From the NCBI GenBank assembly GCA_964430045.1, contig CAYSFN010000002.1:1-50102 (forward strand): DNA of 50,102 bases, in the 5' to 3' direction. Position numbers and translations under genes: made by a program. The notes under the pieces are model-generated. The model did no database searches and was not told the DNA's origin. It saw nothing but the letters and a program-made list of their open reading frames with translations. This DNA comes from an uncultured Gemmatimonadaceae bacterium (GTDB taxonomy: Bacteria > Gemmatimonadota > Gemmatimonadetes > Gemmatimonadales > Gemmatimonadaceae). Within the stretch, counting starts at the first letter, position 1. Every line of letters begins with the position of its first letter. Positions 1 to 8,670 of the stretch are shown in pieces.

Positions 1-15
1 GCGGCCTGGGAGCGG

Positions 16-495
16 ATGGACTCGGCGACGGAGAACCTCCGGACCGCGCTCGCCGATCGGTTGATCATCGCGGACGAAGACCCTCGAGCTACCGACCGGC
101 GAGCGAACCTGGTCAACCGGATCTACGTGATCGTGGTCGTGTTCGGCCTTCTCATCGCCCTGATGTACGCCGGGTTGTTCGTGATCTTCCTCCAGGTCCA
201 GCACCTCGACGCTGCGGTGGCTTCCGCTCAGGCGACGGCGGACGACACCCAGCGCGAGACCCTGGTCAACCGCGAGAGCGGTGTGAAGAACCGGGCGGTC
301 AACTGCCAGATCCTGGTGAGCTTGGGCGAAGCGCTGCCCCCACAGTGCCTCGAACCCTCCGTGGTGGCGCTGTACGACCCCGAGGCGGTCCCGACGGCCG
401 GCGCTGACTCTCCGGGCCAGCGGGCCAACAGGGAGCTGCTGTGCGGCCTCTACCGGCAGCTCGACTTCGTGCGGCCCGAGCTCTGCCTCGGCTGA
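16..495 (+). CDS. hypothetical membrane protein, single central TM helix
   Basis: ATG 16 preceded by GGGAG. 159 aa. Hydrophobic run IYVIVVVFGLLIALMYAGLFVIF. GC-rich third positions in this frame. Confidence 0.6.
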   Translation: MDSATENLRTALADRLIIADEDPRATDRRANLVNRIYVIVVVFGLLIALMYAGLFVIFLQVQHLDAAVASAQATADDTQRETLVNRESGVKNRAVNCQILVSLGEALPPQCLEPSVVALYDPEAVPTAGADSPGQRANRELLCGLYRQLDFVRPELCLG

Positions 496-586
496 CGTAG
501 CCATCGGAATCTCTGCATAGAATCCGGGGCGCTCTCCGACGGTAGTACCGCCAAAGTAGACGTTCTGGACGGTTCGACCCCCGCGC

Positions 587-967
587 GTGACGCTTGACCC
601 GTATCCTATGCAGGGGTACGAATGTGCTCCCAGCGCCGCAGGGGGCGAGGGATCACTGGAACGAGGATTGTGCGTGGCAGATCTGCCTGTGGGGCATTTC
701 ATCAGGGCGTATCGAAATGCCCGGAAGCTCTCCCAGCGGAGCCTCTCGATCGGCTCCGGCCTGAGCGCCAGCTACGTCGGCAAGGTGGAGTCCGGTGAGA
801 TCGATCCCTCGTTCCGAGCGTTCGCCATGCTGGCCCACCATCTCGGCTTCACCTCCCGCGAGATCGTGTTCCTGGTGAAGTATGAAGCAGCCCGTGGGTT
901 GGGTCTCCCAGTGCCGGCGGATGTCGCACCCTCGACCGATGATCAACAGGATGACCATGGCCACTAA
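587..967 (+). CDS. XRE-family helix-turn-helix transcriptional regulator
   Basis: HTH_3-like stretch FIRAYRNARKLSQRSLSIGSGLSASYVGKVESGEIDPS. The ORF opens at GTG 587, but GTG 674 (GAGGA 6 nt upstream) is the more likely start. Confidence 0.75.
   Translation: MTLDPYPMQGYECAPSAAGGEGSLERGLCVADLPVGHFIRAYRNARKLSQRSLSIGSGLSASYVGKVESGEIDPSFRAFAMLAHHLGFTSREIVFLVKYEAARGLGLPVPADVAPSTDDQQDDHGH
655..663 (+). promoter_or_regulatory. ACTGGAAC(A/G) motif copy (ACTGGAACG) in the leader of the XRE gene
   Basis: Read directly: gatcACTGGAACGaggattgtgcGTG. The same 8-mer recurs in other intergenic leaders. Confidence 0.45.
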
Positions 968-2303
968 TGACTCCGTCTCTCCGGCCCAGCCTCAGCCGGG
1001 CGTGCTGATGTTGCTCGGCAACGGCAGCATCGGACTCAGGGCGCGCCGGGCGTTGACTGTCTACGCTCTCGGCGTCGAGCTGTGGAAGCTGGGGAAGTGG
1101 GCGCACGGCAAGTGGGTCGCTGCGAACAGCTACTCGGTCACCGTCACCGGTGACGATGCCATCTTCGAGGACCTTCAGCTCTGGCTCCTCGAGCAGATCC
1201 CCGAGCGCGATCGTCGATCACTCTTCGCTCGCACCCAACGCATCAGCGGCGACGATTCCATCTCCCCATCCGACGGTCGTCCACTCCACCCGGGCCTGAA
1301 GTTCTTCTACGATGGCTCGGAGCGTCAGGCGGTCGTGCTGGGTGGTCACCGGGTGAACGTCCTCGTCGACGCCGAGGATGCGAAGCGGGGTCTGGGTCAA
1401 GGTGACGGTCGTTACGATCGCCACCTTGAGAAGCTCGTCTTCAGCGCTCACGGCATCGAGGGTCACGCCGCCATCATCGAGTTCATCAAGACCGTCACCG
1501 ACGAGCACTACGCCGTGGATCGGAACCCAGACCTGCTGATCAACCGGTGGGGCTCATGGGAGTCACGGCGAGACCTCGGCTCTCGCGGGCTCGACACCGT
1601 GTTCCTCGATGCCGGGCAGAAGGAACGGATCGTCGCCGACCTCGACACGTTCCTCGGCCAGGAGAAGGAGTATCGCGAGCTCGATATACCGTGGCATCGC
1701 GGGTACCTCTTCACGGGGCCACCGGGCACCGGGAAGTCCAGCCTGGCCAAGGCCCTGGCCAACCACTTCGGGCTCGATGTCTACTACCTCTCCCTGTCGA
1801 CGATGTACGACGACGCCGAGCTCAACAACATGATCGGCCGGCTGCCCCCGCGCTCAGTGCTGCTCATCGAGGACAGCGATGTCTACAGCGCCGCCAAAGA
1901 TCGCAGCGACGATGGCAAGGGCCCGACGCTCGCCGGCGTGCTCAACGTCCTTGATGGCCTGCTCACGCCTCATGGGCTGGTGGTCATCGGTACGTCGAAC
2001 GAGGTCGACTCACTCGACGAAGCGTTGAAGCGCAAGGGCCGCTTCGACCTGATCGAAGAGCTCGGCTACATGACGGCGACGTCGCTCGACGAGATGACCA
2101 CCCGGCTCGTCGGCCGCACGGTCCAGCTCGACAGCATCCGCGATGACCTTGTCCCTGTGAACGTGGTCGAGGCAATCAAGCAGCATCTCGGCGACCCGGA
2201 TGCAGCGATCAAGGCCATCGAGGCCCTGGCCCGGCCGGCGGTCGGTCGGGTCGTGACGTGCGGGAGCATCGCCCTCACTTATCAGAACGGAACCCCTTCA
2301 TGA
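951..2303 (+). CDS. BCS1-type AAA+ ATPase
   Basis: Walker A GPPGTGKS and Walker B LLIEDSD. The junction IPWHRGYLFTGPPGTGKSSLAKALA and the later LNVLDGL...GRFD match the Bcs1-like AAA layout. Hydrophobic N-terminus. ATG 951 chosen (the ORF opens at 882). Confidence 0.85.
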   Translation: MTMATNDSVSPAQPQPGVLMLLGNGSIGLRARRALTVYALGVELWKLGKWAHGKWVAANSYSVTVTGDDAIFEDLQLWLLEQIPERDRRSLFARTQRISGDDSISPSDGRPLHPGLKFFYDGSERQAVVLGGHRVNVLVDAEDAKRGLGQGDGRYDRHLEKLVFSAHGIEGHAAIIEFIKTVTDEHYAVDRNPDLLINRWGSWESRRDLGSRGLDTVFLDAGQKERIVADLDTFLGQEKEYRELDIPWHRGYLFTGPPGTGKSSLAKALANHFGLDVYYLSLSTMYDDAELNNMIGRLPPRSVLLIEDSDVYSAAKDRSDDGKGPTLAGVLNVLDGLLTPHGLVVIGTSNEVDSLDEALKRKGRFDLIEELGYMTATSLDEMTTRLVGRTVQLDSIRDDLVPVNVVEAIKQHLGDPDAAIKAIEALARPAVGRVVTCGSIALTYQNGTPS

Positions 2304-2668
2304 GCTCTCGCATCTCAGTCCACATCTCCAGTCTGCCGGTCGGCTGCACTCTCGACACCTACGAGGACGGCTCGGTCTGGTTGCGTCTACCGGGCGGTGA
2401 GGATGTCACCCTTCGGGGGTACGCCCAGCGTGTCGGTTCTGGTCCCGGGAGGGGTGACGGGACGACCATCGATCACGCAGCCACCATGGCGTGTGAGGAG
2501 TGTGGTGCGATGGTGTTGCCGTCGACCAACCGCGACTTCGCCTACGCCACCTACGGCAAGATCTTGTGCTTCGATGATACGCCGAGGCTCGAGCGTAAGC
2601 CCGACAACGGCGAGCGCCGGCGCAAGTCGGACGCGCTCACGACCGACCTGGGGTCGAGTACTCGGTGA
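2300..2668 (+). CDS. hypothetical protein with CxxC pair
   Basis: ATGA overlap with the AAA+ stop. 122 aa. Contains MACEECGAMV...ILCFDD. No recognisable family. Confidence 0.55.
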   Translation: MSSRISVHISSLPVGCTLDTYEDGSVWLRLPGGEDVTLRGYAQRVGSGPGRGDGTTIDHAATMACEECGAMVLPSTNRDFAYATYGKILCFDDTPRLERKPDNGERRRKSDALTTDLGSSTR

Positions 2669-3537
2669 TCTTCTCAGCGAGTCGCTTGGGGATGTGGATG
2701 GACTGCTCCCTGCAGGCCCATCTCCGTTACGACGTCCGCGAGGTCGAGCGAAAGTTCAGCGCGGCCGCGGTGTTCGGGACTGTGATCCATGCGGTCATGA
2801 ACTGGTACAACAACCATCCAGACCCGGGCGCCGACCTCACTCTGACGCAGGCACGCAACCTCTTCCTCAAGTGGTGGGGTGATCCTGGCCTCATCGGCGA
2901 GCAGATCGACTACTACCCGCAACGCACAAGTTGGAACACGTACCGCGACACCGGCCTCGCGGTCATCGAGAACGTCCACGACAAGAACCAGTTCGACAAG
3001 CGGGCGCTCATCGCCACGGAGGCCGATTTCCTGGTCCCGTTCGGCGAGCACAAGCTGACCGGGCGCATCGATCTGGTCGAAGTGCGCTGGAACGGCAAGG
3101 GCAACCCGCTGCTTAGAATCATCGACTACAAAGGGTCCAGCCGGCAGCCGACCAAAGCCGAGCTGGCCCTGAACGTGCAGATGACGACGTACGACTACGC
3201 GGTCGGGTGCCCCGAGTTCTGGATCGGCGACGGCACCGACGAGAACCCCGGCATTCTCAACGGCCAGGCGCTCATGGACCAGTACTTCGATCTGCCCCAT
3301 CGGGCGATCTGGTACCACCTGCGCGGGCCGAAGGAGATCGATGCCGGGCCCCGGGACGAGAAGGACTTCGGCCGCCTCTACCGGGTGGCCACCGAGATCG
3401 AGAAGGCGGATCGCCTGCAGGTGCACGTGCCGAAGATCGGCAAGGCCTGCGAGGAGTGCGACTTCCTCGAGCAATGCCCCATGGACATCCCCGTCGAGCT
3501 CGAAGTTCGACCCGACGACCCGAACGCCTGGGTCTAG
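2665..3537 (+). CDS. PD-(D/E)XK nuclease, Cas4/RecB-exonuclease-like
   Basis: GTGA overlap start. N-terminal Cys (MDCSLQAHL), core GRIDLVE...IIDYKGS, and C-terminal Cys triad CEECDFLEQC typical of Cas4-like Fe-S nucleases. Confidence 0.8.
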   Translation: MIFSASRLGMWMDCSLQAHLRYDVREVERKFSAAAVFGTVIHAVMNWYNNHPDPGADLTLTQARNLFLKWWGDPGLIGEQIDYYPQRTSWNTYRDTGLAVIENVHDKNQFDKRALIATEADFLVPFGEHKLTGRIDLVEVRWNGKGNPLLRIIDYKGSSRQPTKAELALNVQMTTYDYAVGCPEFWIGDGTDENPGILNGQALMDQYFDLPHRAIWYHLRGPKEIDAGPRDEKDFGRLYRVATEIEKADRLQVHVPKIGKACEECDFLEQCPMDIPVELEVRPDDPNAWV

Positions 3538-3556
3538 CCACACGAAAGGAACTCTC

Positions 3557-5095
3557 ATGCCCGTCGAGATCGTCGAGGACGAGTTCAAGTACATGAAGGC
3601 AATCATCGGCGGCGCCCCCGGCACGGGAAAAAGTCGGCAGGCGAGCACGTGGCCCAACGTGCTCTACCTCGACGCCGAGGGCCGCCTCCTCAGTGTCAGG
3701 GATCGCAAGCCGCGGCGGTGGCGCATCAAGTCCACCCTCGACCTCAAGGAGGTGATCTCACATCTTCGACAGTCGCCCGAGGTGCGAGAGAAGGTCTTCG
3801 GTGGGCCCGTCGAGACCGTGGTCGTCGACACCACTGACGAGATCGCCCGCCTGATCATCGCCGAGCGGCAGCAGGCCACCGGCCATGTGATGCAGCGCGA
3901 CGACTGGGGCCACCTCAAGGATGAGCTGTCGAAGTACGTGCGGGCCCTCCGCAACCTTGACGACATGCACGTGCTCTTCAACCTCCACCTTCAGACCGAT
4001 GTCCTCGACTCGGACACCGGTCGCTACGAGGTCGTGCCGCAGATCCAGGGAGCGATGAAGACGGAGATCTTCAACTTCGTCGACATCGCGCTGCTGCTCA
4101 CAGCCGAGAGCTACTCCGACACGAAGCTCGGTCGCACGGCGATCCGCCGGATGCAGACGATCCCCGACAAGGTCTACCCGTGGATCAAGGACCATACCGG
4201 AGCGATTCCGGATGGCTTCCTCATCAACTTCGAGGACGACTACGTCCGCCTCGCCACCCACGTCTTCGGTGAGGTTCCGCCGCCGGTGATGAGCGCTCTC
4301 GAGCTGGCCGAGAAGAACTTCGCCGGCAATCGCGAGGACCTGGTCGAGCTGGCCGAGGAGCTCCGCTCCCAGGACCCCGAACTCATGACTCCGGAGGAGC
4401 AGCAGGAAGCTGCCCGTCTCGAGGCCGAGCGTCGGGCCATCGAGCGCAAGGAGGAGTCGGAGCGGGCCAAGGCTGAGGTCATCGCCATGCGTTCGGGCAC
4501 GGCCCCGACGACCCCGACGGTGGCCGAGGTTCCGTCCGATGAGGGTGATGGTGAGCCCAAGCCGGCGAAGAAGGCGGCGGCCAAGAAGGCCTCGAAGAAG
4601 GCGGCCAAGAAGGCTGCTCCGAAGGCCGGTGAGCCCGAGGCCGAGGCAACGGCTGACCCCGACCCGGACCCGGAGCCGGAGCCTGAACCGGGGCCGACGG
4701 CCGAGCCCGAGCCCGAACCGGAGCCTGAGCCCGACTCGGATGCGGTGGCCTTGGCCGCCGACGTCTTCGAGGGCAGTGTCCCCGAGGATGAGGAGCCGGA
4801 GCCGGAGCGCCAGATCGTCGACCAGGACGGCGAGTCGGTCGAGCCGATCAACGATGACGCCAAGGAGCGGGTGGCCGCTGCCGCCGCCGAGGCCACCGTC
4901 GTCCCCGAGGATGGGACGAGCGAGCCCGAGGAGTCGCCGGCGGCTGACGACGCCGAGGCCGCCGACGAGATGGTGTGCGGCGAGTGCGGCGAATCGTTCG
5001 ATGACGAGGACATCTTCGAGATCTCCAAGATGCGCTACGGCGTCGTGCTCTGCCCGAAGGACTTCGCGGTGCGCCGCAGGGCGCCCAAGGCCTGA
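3557..5095 (+). CDS. Sak4/AAA_24-like RecA-fold ATPase with acidic low-complexity linker and C-terminal zinc ribbon
   Basis: ATG 3557 after AAAGGA. Walker A GGAPGTGKS followed by NVLYLDAEG. Long Glu/Pro/Ala/Lys-rich region. C-terminal CGECG...LCPKD. Confidence 0.75.
   Translation: MPVEIVEDEFKYMKAIIGGAPGTGKSRQASTWPNVLYLDAEGRLLSVRDRKPRRWRIKSTLDLKEVISHLRQSPEVREKVFGGPVETVVVDTTDEIARLIIAERQQATGHVMQRDDWGHLKDELSKYVRALRNLDDMHVLFNLHLQTDVLDSDTGRYEVVPQIQGAMKTEIFNFVDIALLLTAESYSDTKLGRTAIRRMQTIPDKVYPWIKDHTGAIPDGFLINFEDDYVRLATHVFGEVPPPVMSALELAEKNFAGNREDLVELAEELRSQDPELMTPEEQQEAARLEAERRAIERKEESERAKAEVIAMRSGTAPTTPTVAEVPSDEGDGEPKPAKKAAAKKASKKAAKKAAPKAGEPEAEATADPDPDPEPEPEPGPTAEPEPEPEPEPDSDAVALAADVFEGSVPEDEEPEPERQIVDQDGESVEPINDDAKERVAAAAAEATVVPEDGTSEPEESPAADDAEAADEMVCGECGESFDDEDIFEISKMRYGVVLCPKDFAVRRRAPKA
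4655..4735 (+). repeat. Pro-Asp/Pro-Glu dipeptide repeat tract inside the Sak4-like gene
   Basis: Encodes DPDPDPEPEPEPGPTAEPEPEPEPEPD from reiterated gacccg/gagccg units. Confidence 0.6.
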
Positions 5096-5097
5096 GT

Positions 5098-5116
5098 CCG
5101 CGGCTAATACCCGCGG
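5098..5116 (+). terminator. short GC hairpin after the Sak4-like gene
   Basis: CCGCGG-ctaatac-CCGCGG begins 3 nt after the stop at 5095. Only a 6-bp stem and no U tract. Confidence 0.3.
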
Positions 5117-5248
5117 CCAGACAGGTCGATTCTCTGGTTGCGGTCCAGGGGGTCGGCCTGGCCGGCGAGAGCCGGCTGATCCATTCACACCGCAAGGTCT
5201 GCGCCGGACTGCGGCGGGGCCACGCACACCAGACGAGAAGAGGACCCG

Positions 5249-5764
5249 ATGGGACTGACGTTCAAGAAGGAAGAAGCCAGGGAGCGGGGAGATCTCATCG
5301 AGGACGGCACCGTTCTCGATGCCCTCGTGAAGGATGTGAAGAAGAAGCACATCAAGCCGAGGGGTGGCGGCGAGGAGTTCGACAAGGCCGAGTGGAAGTT
5401 CGAGGTCGTGGCTGCGCAGGGCGACGAGCTCGACGGGCGTCCCTTCTGGGGCAACACCGGTGTCGAGTTCGTCGAGGCCGAGGGCTGCAAGCTCACCAAC
5501 TGGACCGAGGCCGTGCTGGCTCGGATCCTGCCCATCGAGTACGAGGTCGACATGGACGACGTGCTCGATAAGCCGTGCCGGATCGAGATCGGTGTGCGTG
5601 AGTACACCAAGACGGTCGACGGCGTCGAGGTGGAGAACCAGGTCAACTACGTGCGTGACGTCTTCCCGACCAAGTCCAAGATGGCGGAGATGGCGGCCCA
5701 GCGCGATGAGGCGGCCCGCGCGTCGGCGCGCGCTGCGGTGCAGGCCGACGAGGAGCCCTTCTGA
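5249..5764 (+). CDS. SSB-like single-strand DNA-binding protein (DUF669-like position)
   Basis: 171 aa. Sits between the Sak4-like ATPase and the primase-helicase, as in Sak4 modules. The acidic C-terminal tip ADEEPF resembles the bacterial SSB tail (actinobacterial DDEPPF). Confidence 0.55.
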   Translation: MGLTFKKEEARERGDLIEDGTVLDALVKDVKKKHIKPRGGGEEFDKAEWKFEVVAAQGDELDGRPFWGNTGVEFVEAEGCKLTNWTEAVLARILPIEYEVDMDDVLDKPCRIEIGVREYTKTVDGVEVENQVNYVRDVFPTKSKMAEMAAQRDEAARASARAAVQADEEPF

Positions 5765-5774
5765 GCCTGGTTAG

Positions 5775-5818
5775 GAGATAGGCCGCACCCTTGTCGGCGC
5801 GAGGGTGCGGCCTATCTC
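5775..5818 (+). terminator. strong stem-loop terminator candidate
   Basis: Perfect 17-bp inverted repeat GAGATAGGCCGCACCCT / AGGGTGCGGCCTATCTC with a 10-nt loop, 11 nt after the SSB-like stop. Confidence 0.7.
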
Positions 5819-5864
5819 GCCAGCAGTTCGCCCTAGCCCATGAACACTCGACGCGGAGCTCTGG

Positions 5865-8357
5865 ATGCCAGATACTGACGTGCTGGGTTACCTCTCGTCG
5901 AAGGGGCTGAACCTCCAGAAGGCCGGCGGCTGGGAGTACCGGACACACTGCCCGGTCTGTCACGAGCAGCCGCAGAAGGGCAAGCGGGGTCGCTTCTACA
6001 TCAACGTGAACCCTGGCGCTGACGTGCCGGGGTTGCACCACTGCTTCCTCTGCGACACCAAGGGCAACCTCACCACGCTCAAGCGCTTCTTCGGCGACCC
6101 GACCTCAGAGTCGGATGAGGAGTCCTACGAGCAGTTCGAGATCTTCAAGTTGGCGGCACGCTTCTACGAGCGTCAGCTCTGTGGCTCGAAGGACCTGCCA
6201 CCGAACGAGGAGATCCTCGCGTACCTCCGGGGCCCGAACCGGATGCTCGAGGACTCGACGATCCGCAAGTTCCATCTGGGGTACGCCCCGATGGAGATCG
6301 TAAAGCCGATGGATAGCGAGGCCCGTGAGGTGCCGAGCCGGAGGCTCTACACCTACCTGAAGGAGATGGGCTGCGAGGTCAAGGCCCTGCTCGACTCAGG
6401 CCTGGTGGTGAAGCGCGGCGACCGCGTCGTGGACTCGCTCAGCGGCATGGTGGTGATCCCGTACATGGTCGCCGGCAACGTGGTCGATCTACGTGGCCGG
6501 TCATGGCCGGAACGAGAGGGCTCGCCCAAGTACAAGACGTGCTCGGGCCGCGACAGCCGGTTGTTCAACACCGACGCCATCTGGAACACCGAAGAGGTCA
6601 TCGCCACGGAAGGAGAACTTGACTGCTTGGTCATGGACCAACTAGGATACCGGGCGGTTGGCTTTCCTGGTGCTAAGTCGTTCCAGGATAACTGGTCTGG
6701 GTACTTCGCTCCACTCAAGCGCGTGTGGCTCGTCTTCGATCGCGACGTCGCTGGCACGGCGGGCATGGAGAAGATGCGCGAGGCCATAGGCCCGAAGGCT
6801 CGGCCGATCCATCTTTCCGAGAAGGGGACGAAGGTCGATCCGACGGCCTGGGTGGCGCAGGGCAATGGTGCCAAGGAGTTCGACGAGCTCCTGTCCGAGG
6901 CTCGGCGCGGCAACCTGCTCGTGAGTGTGCGCGATGCCATCGCCGAGTTCGGTGAGGTCCAGGGGCAGCCCGGCCTGAAGTTCGGCTGGGAGATGCTCGA
7001 CATGATGATCGACCCAGGCCTCCTGGCCGGTCAGCTCATGATCCCGCTGGCCAAGACGGGCTGTCTCGCCGGCGACACGGAGCTCGTCCTCGGCCGGCAG
7101 GGTGTGGGTTTCAAGATGAAACTCAGTGACGCCTACGAGAGCTGGAGCGGCCAGCGGGGGCACTGGGACCGATCGATCCCGACGAACATCCAGCGCGCCG
7201 TCGATGGCGTCGTGCGGCTCGGTGAGGTCGACGAGATCTGGGACTCGGGCGTGAAGCCGGTCTACGAGCTCCGCACGACGACTGGGCGGGCCATCACAGG
7301 GACAGCCAAGCATCCGTTCCTCACGCCCGATGGGTGGCGCAAGTTGGGCGAGCTCGAGGCGGGGGGCGGGGTCTGCGTCAACGCCGGCCTCGACAGCGCC
7401 GGGTGGATGGGCCTCGAGCAGGTGGGCGTCGAGGAGATCGAGTCGATCACGTTCCTCGGCGAGCAGCAGACCTACGACATCTCCATGAAGGACGAGCCCC
7501 ACAACTTCATGGCCAACGGGTTCGTGGTGCATAACACCGGCAAGACCCTCCTCCTGCTCAACATCATGGACATGATGCGGCGCGTTCCAGGTCAGGAGGA
7601 TCTGAAGTTCCTGTTCTTCAGCCTGGAACAGACCCGGGGTGAGTGGTGGGACAGGGCTCGGCGGATCTACCGGTTCCACAACCCGATGGCCGAAGACGAC
7701 GATGCCGAGCGGTGGTGGCAGGACAACCTCTTCATCGTCGACCGCAACCGACTGACCCAGGCGGATCTACGGTTGGCCGTCGAGGACTTCGCCTATCAGG
7801 TGGGGCAGCTCCCCGACCTGATCCTGGTCGACTACCTCGGGTACTGGGCCCGGTCGTACAAGGGCGAGCGATACGAGGCGGTGTCGAACGCGGTCATGGA
7901 CATGAAGGGAATCCTCAAGGACCTTCGTTGCCCGGGGATCGTCCCGCATCAGGTGAGTCGCATCGGCAAGGACGGCGAGGAGTTCGCGAGTGATGCCGCT
8001 CGCGATTCCGGCGTCATCGAGGAGACCGCCGACTTCGGGCTCAACCTCTGGTCCCCCGACAACCGCCTCGGCCTGCAGGAGCAAGAGAAGACCGGCAAGC
8101 TGCTGTGCCGCATCGGCAAGAGCCGTCACGGCGGACGGGGCGCGCTCATCGAGCTGCAGTTCGCTCCGCTCTCGCTGGCCATGGTCCCGAGTGGCGTGGG
8201 CAACGAGCTCGCGGCTCGGGCTCGACGCGAGTTCTTCTGGCGACAGGCTGGCGAGAACTGGGAGTCCGCCGTGCAGCGCCACCGCACCGGCCAGCATCAC
8301 GGAGCCCTCGAACCCTCTACCCGTAATGGATTCGACCAAAGGTCCTTCGACGACTGA
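5865..8357 (+). CDS. bifunctional primase-helicase (T7 gp4-like), intein-containing
   Basis: Zinc finger CPVCHEQ...HHCFLCDTKGN. TOPRIM motifs EGELDCLV and FDRDVAG. DnaB-like helicase motifs LILVDYLGY and PHQVSR. Walker A is interrupted by the intein. Confidence 0.9.
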   Translation: MPDTDVLGYLSSKGLNLQKAGGWEYRTHCPVCHEQPQKGKRGRFYINVNPGADVPGLHHCFLCDTKGNLTTLKRFFGDPTSESDEESYEQFEIFKLAARFYERQLCGSKDLPPNEEILAYLRGPNRMLEDSTIRKFHLGYAPMEIVKPMDSEAREVPSRRLYTYLKEMGCEVKALLDSGLVVKRGDRVVDSLSGMVVIPYMVAGNVVDLRGRSWPEREGSPKYKTCSGRDSRLFNTDAIWNTEEVIATEGELDCLVMDQLGYRAVGFPGAKSFQDNWSGYFAPLKRVWLVFDRDVAGTAGMEKMREAIGPKARPIHLSEKGTKVDPTAWVAQGNGAKEFDELLSEARRGNLLVSVRDAIAEFGEVQGQPGLKFGWEMLDMMIDPGLLAGQLMIPLAKTGCLAGDTELVLGRQGVGFKMKLSDAYESWSGQRGHWDRSIPTNIQRAVDGVVRLGEVDEIWDSGVKPVYELRTTTGRAITGTAKHPFLTPDGWRKLGELEAGGGVCVNAGLDSAGWMGLEQVGVEEIESITFLGEQQTYDISMKDEPHNFMANGFVVHNTGKTLLLLNIMDMMRRVPGQEDLKFLFFSLEQTRGEWWDRARRIYRFHNPMAEDDDAERWWQDNLFIVDRNRLTQADLRLAVEDFAYQVGQLPDLILVDYLGYWARSYKGERYEAVSNAVMDMKGILKDLRCPGIVPHQVSRIGKDGEEFASDAARDSGVIEETADFGLNLWSPDNRLGLQEQEKTGKLLCRIGKSRHGGRGALIELQFAPLSLAMVPSGVGNELAARARREFFWRQAGENWESAVQRHRTGQHHGALEPSTRNGFDQRSFDD
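7062..7535 (+). mobile_element. mini-intein (158 aa) in the helicase P-loop
   Basis: Begins CLAGDTELVL (block A). Has TGTAKHPFLT (block B, TxxH). Ends FVVHN, followed by +1 Thr at 7536. Excision restores Walker A AKTG-TGKT. No endonuclease domain fits in 158 aa. Confidence 0.85.
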
Positions 8358-8370
8358 GCAAGGAGCCCAC

Positions 8371-8670
8371 ATGGCAGATGAACTGACGGCCATCATCAAG
8401 GTCAACATCTCGGCGCAGCCGGGTGTCGGACTGTTCGCCGACTGCGCCACCTTGGCGGAGTGTGCGATGGTTCAGAACTCGCTCCTGGCGAGCGGGAGCC
8501 TGGATCTCCACGAGCTTCTCGAGGCGGGAGTTCCGCAGGCCTTCGTCTCCCCGAACTACCCGACGCCGGCGCCGAGGCCGGAGAACCAGCCGTCGCTGGA
8601 CTGGGGGCTCGTCCCTGACGAGGTCGCGTCCTTCGACTGGGGCCCCATCATCGAGCCCTTCTGCCGATGA
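8371..8670 (+). CDS. hypothetical protein
   Basis: ATG 8371 after AAGGAG. 99 aa. GC3-rich frame. Stop overlaps the next start (ATGA). Confidence 0.55.
   Translation: MADELTAIIKVNISAQPGVGLFADCATLAECAMVQNSLLASGSLDLHELLEAGVPQAFVSPNYPTPAPRPENQPSLDWGLVPDEVASFDWGPIIEPFCR

Noticed and set aside
4655-4735. Short periodic repeats checked as a possible CRISPR array (also 18824-19147)
   Set aside because: The units are 6-9 nt, in frame and coding (PE/PD and T/S/P repeats). There is no repeat-spacer architecture of 25-40 nt units anywhere in the window.
4539-5258. Arg-rich 239-aa plus-strand ORF
   Set aside because: It is an out-of-frame reading of the acidic repeat region of the Sak4-like gene. Composition alone explains it.
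3758-5350. 530-aa minus-strand ORF opposite the Sak4-like gene
   Set aside because: This is a shadow ORF of the GC-rich repeat region. The product is Leu/Arg/Gly low complexity. The plus-strand frame has a clear P-loop ATPase and zinc ribbon.
6642-7679. 345-aa antisense ORF spanning the intein, considered as a possible nested homing endonuclease
   Set aside because: It shows no LAGLIDADG, HNH or GIY-YIG signatures. It is antisense to an uninterrupted primase-helicase frame and has shadow-frame composition.
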